A DNA stretch of 49,780 bases from an uncultured Hyphomicrobiaceae bacterium. GTDB lineage: Bacteria; Pseudomonadota; Alphaproteobacteria; Rhizobiales; Methyloligellaceae. Position 1 is the stretch's first letter, and each line of letters opens with the position of its first letter. Of the stretch, positions 44,711 to 49,780 are shown one piece after another. Made by a program: the position numbers and the translations under genes. The stretch covers positions 1 to 49,780 of the forward strand of contig CAYOEI010000294.1 of NCBI GenBank assembly GCA_964402825.1, read 5' to 3'. Under the pieces are notes generated by a model. The model saw only the letters and a list, made by a program, of their open reading frames with translations. It had not been told where the DNA came from and searched no databases.

Positions 44711-47680
44711 TTGCCGGATATTGATTGCAAGGACCTATTGGGGGAAGGCGTGGGGAAGTTTTACGAGTCAATTACCAGCGTTCCACCAGTCTATGACCGT
44801 GAGCGCGCCGAACAGGTGCTTGATGATCTCGCGAAATCAATCGAGTCGGATGACCGCCTTGAGCGCCTAGGCAGCCTGATTGAAGGCGAGCCACTGGTTC
44901 GTAAACTGTTGACCTCGGTTTGCGGGAATTCGCCATATCTCTCAGGGCTTATGCTGAGGGAGCCGCATAATCTTCTGCAATGCATTGATAATGACCCGGG
45001 CGACTATCTGAATGGTTTGGCTGAGAACCTGCCCAGGCGTGTCGCGGAGGCGGAGTCTCAAGCGGGCGTTATGGCAATGCTGCGTGATTATAAGCGACAG
45101 ATCGCGCTGTGTATCGCTCTTGCGGATATCGCCGGTGTTTGGACGCTTGATCAGGTGACTGAGGCACTGAGTGATGCGGCGGACACTACAATCTCGTGCG
45201 CGGTGCGCTTTCTGCTGTCACGCGCAGCTGCCGCCGGGCATATTGAATCCCGTAACCCGGCCAAACCGGACGAAGCGAGTGGATATTTCGTACTCGGCAT
45301 GGGCAAGCTTGGCGCGGGCGAGCTCAATTATTCATCCGATATCGATCTTATCGTTTTTTTCGATACCTCCCAGACAAGTTTGAAGGAGGGAGTTGAGCCG
45401 GCGCAATTATTTGTGCGCCTGACGCGTGATCTGGTGCGATTACTACAAGATCGCACGGCTGAGGGATATGTCTGGCGGACTGATTTGAGATTAAGACCCG
45501 ATCCCGGGGCCACACAGCTTGCACTCTCGACAGATGCCGGTTTCGCCTATTATGAGAGTTTCGGGGAGAACTGGGAGCGAGCGGCTCTCATCAAAGCTCG
45601 CGTCGTTGCGGGGGATATAGAGGCCGGACAGTCTTTTCTGGAGCAAATCTCGCCATTCATCTGGAGAAAATATCTCGATTTCGCAGCTGTAGCGGATATC
45701 CACGCGATGAAGCGCCGGGTCCATGAATTTAAAGGTCATGCGCGCATTGCCGTTGCCGGACATGACGTAAAGCTTGGGCGAGGGGGTATTCGTGAAATTG
45801 AATTTTTCACGCAGACGCAACAGCTTATCGCAGGTGGAAGGCAACCAGAATTAAGAACCCTACAGACGCTGGTTACCCTTGAACGTTTGGTTCAACAAGG
45901 CTGGATCGACGAGAAAACGCTGGTAGACCTCACCAAGTCTTATCGCTTTTTACGAAACGTCGAACACCGGTTGCAAATGATTGCTGATGAACAAACGCAC
46001 AAATTGCCCTCAGGCGCCGAAGAGCTGGAAAGGGTTTCGTGCTTTTGCGGGTTTGAGAACGCCGAAGCTTTTTCAGACGCTCTTATCATGCATTTCACTC
46101 AGGTACAGGGTTATTACGACGCTCTGTTTAGCCGCTTGCCTGATGTCGGAACCCAGGGGCAGAAACTTGCTTTTCGTGGTGATGATGAGTCGTCTGAATA
46201 CCTTGCTGTCCTTGAAGAGTTGGGTTTCAACGATCCAAATACTGTCATGGGGACCATTCGCGGATGGCGTTCCGGGCGGTATTCCGCAACACGCTCAGCA
46301 CGCTCGCGTGAGTGCCTGACTGAAATTCTCCCCGATTTGCTGCACGCGCTCTCCGCCACCGCGGACCCATCAGCTGCACTGAGGTCGTTCGACCGGTTTG
46401 TTATGGAATTGCCGGCCGGCGTGCAACTGTTTTCGCTGCTGCGCTCCAATACCAGCCTGTTACGCCTGATTGCCGACATTATGGGTACCGCGCCGCGATT
46501 GGCGAGGGTATTGAGCCGACGCAGCCAAATCCTGGATGCGGTTCTAGATCCGGCTTTTTTTGGTGACTTGCCATCTCTTGATGAGCTGAATGAGTTGGTA
46601 TCCGGCCAGTTAGCCGCAGCTCAGGACTATCAGGAGTGCCTCGACCGGGCACGCAAGATCGGGCAGGAGCAGGCTTTCCTGATCGGCGTGCGGATTTTGT
46701 CAGGCACTATCGGCGCTGATCAGGCGGGAGATGCATATGCCTGCCTGGCCCAGTCTTTTATCGCCGCCCTGCACGAGCAGGTGGAACGAGAGATGGTCCT
46801 CCAGCACGGCCGGGTCAAGGACAGTGAAGTGGTTGTTATTGCCATGGGCAAGCTGGGGGGGCGCGAAATGACAGCGGCCTCGGATCTTGATCTCATCATC
46901 ATTTATGATTTCGATGAGGATGTTGGGCCCTCTGATGGCGCGCGGCAGCTTGCGGGCGGTCAGTATTATGCCCGCTTCACGCAACGCCTTATCAGCGCGC
47001 TATCAGCGCAAACCGCCGAAGGGAGACTGTATGAAGTCGATATGCGGTTGAGACCTTCAGGCCATTCAGGTCCGGTTGCCACTCATATCAATGGATTTAT
47101 CGATTACCAGCACAATAATGCCTGGACCTGGGAGCATCTTGCATTGACGCGTGCGCGGGTTGTGTCGGGTCCCGAAAAACTGCGCAAAAAGGTCGAGGCG
47201 GCTATTAGCGAAGCCCTGACCATCCCCCGCGAAAGGAAGAATATTGTGGAGGACGTTCATGATATGCGTGCGCGGATTCACAGGGAGAAAGGGAGTGATG
47301 ATCCGTGGGACCTCAAACAGGTGCATGGCGGATTGGTTGATATTGAGTATATCGCCCAATTCCTGCAGATTTTAAACGCACACCAGAAACCGGCCGTTCT
47401 CAGTCAGAATACGCTTGCGAGCTTCCTCAATCTGAAGTCAGCCGGGATATTGCAACCCAATGACGCGGAAATACTTATCACCGCCGCGATTCTCTATCAG
47501 AACCTAACTCAGGTTCTCCGGTTATGCCTCGAGAAGCCATTTGACCCCGACAGGGCTTCGCCCGGCCTTAAAAACTTGCTGGCTCGTGCCGCTGGCATGA
47601 GTGACTTCAATACTCTTGAGCATCAGCTAGTTGCGTCAGAAGACGCTATTCGTCAGGCTTATGACCGCATAGTCAGATAG
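44711..47680 (+). CDS. glnE: bifunctional glutamine synthetase adenylyltransferase/adenylyl-removing enzyme
   Basis: 989 aa with two nucleotidyltransferase halves (GMGKLGAGELNYSSDIDLI and AMGKLGGREMTAASDLDLI). The start codon is uncertain (track uses TTG). Confidence 0.9.
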   Translation: MPDIDCKDLLGEGVGKFYESITSVPPVYDRERAEQVLDDLAKSIESDDRLERLGSLIEGEPLVRKLLTSVCGNSPYLSGLMLREPHNLLQCIDNDPGDYLNGLAENLPRRVAEAESQAGVMAMLRDYKRQIALCIALADIAGVWTLDQVTEALSDAADTTISCAVRFLLSRAAAAGHIESRNPAKPDEASGYFVLGMGKLGAGELNYSSDIDLIVFFDTSQTSLKEGVEPAQLFVRLTRDLVRLLQDRTAEGYVWRTDLRLRPDPGATQLALSTDAGFAYYESFGENWERAALIKARVVAGDIEAGQSFLEQISPFIWRKYLDFAAVADIHAMKRRVHEFKGHARIAVAGHDVKLGRGGIREIEFFTQTQQLIAGGRQPELRTLQTLVTLERLVQQGWIDEKTLVDLTKSYRFLRNVEHRLQMIADEQTHKLPSGAEELERVSCFCGFENAEAFSDALIMHFTQVQGYYDALFSRLPDVGTQGQKLAFRGDDESSEYLAVLEELGFNDPNTVMGTIRGWRSGRYSATRSARSRECLTEILPDLLHALSATADPSAALRSFDRFVMELPAGVQLFSLLRSNTSLLRLIADIMGTAPRLARVLSRRSQILDAVLDPAFFGDLPSLDELNELVSGQLAAAQDYQECLDRARKIGQEQAFLIGVRILSGTIGADQAGDAYACLAQSFIAALHEQVEREMVLQHGRVKDSEVVVIAMGKLGGREMTAASDLDLIIIYDFDEDVGPSDGARQLAGGQYYARFTQRLISALSAQTAEGRLYEVDMRLRPSGHSGPVATHINGFIDYQHNNAWTWEHLALTRARVVSGPEKLRKKVEAAISEALTIPRERKNIVEDVHDMRARIHREKGSDDPWDLKQVHGGLVDIEYIAQFLQILNAHQKPAVLSQNTLASFLNLKSAGILQPNDAEILITAAILYQNLTQVLRLCLEKPFDPDRASPGLKNLLARAAGMSDFNTLEHQLVASEDAIRQAYDRIVR

Positions 47681-47885
47681 CGTATTGCATTTATTTGCGA
47701 ATACGCGACGGACATGCGGCCTTCCATCCGTATGAGAATTCAGTCACCCAGGGCGGGCAAGGGTCAGTATGTGAAGTGCATCACATGGCTTGACTTAAAT
47801 GATGGTGACTGAGGATGAAAAGCCGCGCCGTATACGCCATATAATACGGAGGTAATGACGATTACATTCGCGGAGATACATAAGC

Positions 47886-48509
47886 GTGCAATCAGACGAG
47901 CTGAAACCGGATCGCATGCAATCCCGGTCCGGCGCTTTGCAAGACGACGCAAGGCAGGCCGACCAGGAATTGGTGGAACGGGTATCACGGGGCGATGCTG
48001 TGGCGTTCCAGATACTTGTCGATTCCGGAATCAGCCGGATTCTGGCGGTGGCGCGCCGTATGCTTGGCGACGATATGGAAGACGAAGATGTCGCCCAGGA
48101 TGTAGTCCTGCGGCTGGGGCGGCAGGCTGACAAATGGGATGGAGGGCGCGCAAAAGTTTCTACGTGGCTCTACCGGGTCACGGTGAATTCCTGCATCGAC
48201 AGATTGCGCGCGCGCCGGGAAGATACGGTAAAGGAATTGCCGGAAGTAGCGCATCAGGCCACACAGGTGCAGGCGATGGAGGAAGAGGACCTGCAACGCT
48301 ATATGGACGAAGCTTTGCAGGCGCTTCCCGAGCGGCAAAGGACAGCTCTTGTGCTGTTCCATTATGAGGATTTGTCGATGAGTGCGGTCTCGGAAATCAT
48401 GGATGCGAGCGTTGAGGCGGTAGAATCCCTTTTGGGGCGGGGCCGCAGAGCGCTTAAAAAGGATTTGGAATCACAGTGGAAGGCATTTTTGCCTGAAGTT
48501 CTGGACTGA
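47886..48509 (+). CDS. ECF-type RNA polymerase sigma factor
   Basis: Region 2 (DVAQDVVLRL...WLYRVTVNSCID) and region 4 (LPERQRTALVLFHYEDLSMSAVSEIM). Confidence 0.85.
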   Translation: MQSDELKPDRMQSRSGALQDDARQADQELVERVSRGDAVAFQILVDSGISRILAVARRMLGDDMEDEDVAQDVVLRLGRQADKWDGGRAKVSTWLYRVTVNSCIDRLRARREDTVKELPEVAHQATQVQAMEEEDLQRYMDEALQALPERQRTALVLFHYEDLSMSAVSEIMDASVEAVESLLGRGRRALKKDLESQWKAFLPEVLD

Positions 48510-48522
48510 AGAGAAACTTAAA

Positions 48523-49041
48523 ATGAAGCAAGACGGCAACACAATGAACCAACTGGACCGGTTGGCAAACTTGCTGGACACGTTCGGCTGCGACCCGGAC
48601 CGCTGGCCGGCGGCTGAGCGTGCCGTACTGGAAAGTTTCATGAGGACCGATAAGTCCGCCAAGCAAATGTTTGTTGAAGCGAAAGCGCTGGCTCGGGTGA
48701 TGGATACCGCCTCGGCGGGCAACGCCAGTGCGGCACTGAGCGCTCGCATTGTCGCCTCGGCATTGGAAGACTCCGCTCGCGAGGCGAGGGTCGTGCCGCT
48801 AGCGCCGAAACACGCCCGAACCGGGCGGCCATTCTCCATTCGGCGCGCCGCATCTATGTGGCCGGCAGCAGCCTTGGCTGCGTCTTTTGCGTTTGGTCTA
48901 TATATGGGGGTTTCCGGTATCGGAGGAACGGAGGTCGAGGGTGTGCTTCAGATCGCGATGACTGAAAGCTCCGGTAATGATGCAGACGCTATTTCCTGGC
49001 TGGAGGACATCTCTGCAGGCGATGAGGATGGGCTGTTGTGA
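48523..49041 (+). CDS. putative anti-sigma factor (single-pass membrane protein)
   Basis: 172 aa, immediately downstream of the ECF sigma gene. It has one TM (WPAAALAASFAFGLYMGV), no HxxxCxxC motif, and a 4-nt overlap with the next gene. Confidence 0.5.
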   Translation: MKQDGNTMNQLDRLANLLDTFGCDPDRWPAAERAVLESFMRTDKSAKQMFVEAKALARVMDTASAGNASAALSARIVASALEDSAREARVVPLAPKHARTGRPFSIRRAASMWPAAALAASFAFGLYMGVSGIGGTEVEGVLQIAMTESSGNDADAISWLEDISAGDEDGLL

Positions 49042-49562
49042 GCGCGGCTGACAAGCAAGAAAATACGGCAAAGGCGCCGAAGAAACGGCGCTGGTTATGG
49101 CCGCTGCTGATAGTTTCCCTTGGATTCAATCTTCTGTTTGTGGGGCTGGTTGCAGGGCGTATCTGGTCTCATGGCTATGGCGGCCATGATGAGGGCCGCT
49201 ACAGCATATTCACTGGAGCCGTCGAGGAGTTGATGAAGGTTTTACCCGATGACAAGCGGCAGCGAGCAGGCGAGTTGCTAAAGCGTCACAGTGAAACCGT
49301 TGGCCAGCTCAATAAACAGAGACGGGGGCAGCGAAAAGCGGCCGAGGCAGCCGTTCTGACTGATCCGTATGATGAAGCAACGGTGGCGAAGGTGCTTGCC
49401 CGTTTTCGTGAAATACGCAACAGCCAGCACCAATCCATGCACACCATGATGATGGGCTTGATGAAGGATTTATCGCTGAAGGAACGGCAGGAGCTGATAA
49501 AAAATATTCACGCCGGTTTCAGACACCGCAGAAAGTATTGGCGCCGCCATGGCGGGCCTTAA
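49038..49562 (+). CDS. periplasmic heavy-metal-sensor / Spy-CpxP family protein
   Basis: N-terminal TM/signal anchor and a helical, charged repeat body (LPDDKRQRAGELLKRH...LSLKERQELIKNI) typical of CpxP/ZraP-like partners of ECF systems. Confidence 0.6.
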   Translation: MSAADKQENTAKAPKKRRWLWPLLIVSLGFNLLFVGLVAGRIWSHGYGGHDEGRYSIFTGAVEELMKVLPDDKRQRAGELLKRHSETVGQLNKQRRGQRKAAEAAVLTDPYDEATVAKVLARFREIRNSQHQSMHTMMMGLMKDLSLKERQELIKNIHAGFRHRRKYWRRHGGP

Positions 49563-49564
49563 TC

Positions 49565-49780
49565 ACTCACAGAATAGACAGTCAAACGATCCCGTATGGT
49601 CGAAATTTGCTCTAGGTCACCGACTCATTAAACCTGAGACATATTCGCAGTGAAGCGAGCTTAATGGAAGCGAGATAGTTGTCGTCACGCTTGTCGTAGC
49701 GTGTTGCGATTGCGCGGAAATGTTTGAGTTTATTGAAGAAACGCTCAATGGCGTTGCGCTGCTTGTACAGCCAACGGCTG
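49565..49780 (-). mobile_element. IS5-family insertion sequence, terminal portion
   Basis: Based on the transposase 3' end above. The element end must lie between the stop of the upstream gene (49562) and 49611. I could not define the exact inverted repeat because only one end is visible. Confidence 0.6.
49612..49780 (-). CDS. IS5-family (IS427/IS1031-like) DDE transposase, C-terminal 56 codons (rest beyond the window end)
   Basis: Missing from the track (edge-truncated). Reverse frame: SRWLYKQRNAIERFFNKLKHFRAIATRYDKRDDNYLASIKLASLRICLRFNESVT*, the conserved IS5-family C-terminus containing the E of the DDE triad (N.IERFF..LK). Confidence 0.85.
   Translation of the reverse strand, partial: SRWLYKQRNAIERFFNKLKHFRAIATRYDKRDDNYLASIKLASLRICLRFNESVT

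Noticed and set aside
47680-47706. Imperfect inverted repeat GCGTATTGCA...TGCGAATACGC after glnE as a terminator
   Set aside because: The stem has a bulge and no following U-run, so the call is too weak. It could equally be an operator for the downstream ECF promoter.

Overview
The window reads as a chromosomal segment from an alphaproteobacterium, Rhizobiales-like by gene content: cycHJKL/ccmIEFH-degP, feuNPQ-like genes, mucR/ros, glnE and many Rhizobiales-typical DUF genes. Most of it is densely packed housekeeping and envelope genes. I recognised no rRNA, tRNA or CRISPR array. Five things stand out. (1) At 9511-16996 there is a ten-gene, translationally coupled Mrp-like cation/proton membrane module. 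Its order is non-canonical and Mbh-like (E-F-G-DUF4040-B-C-D-D-x-L), MrpA is split, there are three antiporter-like subunits, and an extra 83-aa membrane protein sits among them. (2) At 30950-32033 lies a decapitated gene-transfer-agent (GTA) head-of-cluster remnant: promoter, g1-like gene, and a large terminase cut at its Walker B. Separately, at 18743-20623, there is an apparently intact split GafA-like locus (DnaA-domain-IV-like small protein plus a DUF6456-like HTH protein). (3) mucR/ros, carrying a Cys-Asp-His-His variant zinc site, sits behind a ~590 bp strongly AT-rich intergenic island, and further AT-rich islets carry short repeats. (4) There are three sensor/regulator sets: two OmpR-type two-component systems (one feuNPQ-like) and an ECF sigma / anti-sigma / CpxP-like trio. 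(5) An IS5-family element is cut by the right window edge. Two edge-truncated genes are missing from the ORF track and were found by hand: the reverse-strand mutase at 1-1017 and the IS5 transposase at 49612-49780. All functional calls rest on motif recognition by eye; no searches were run.
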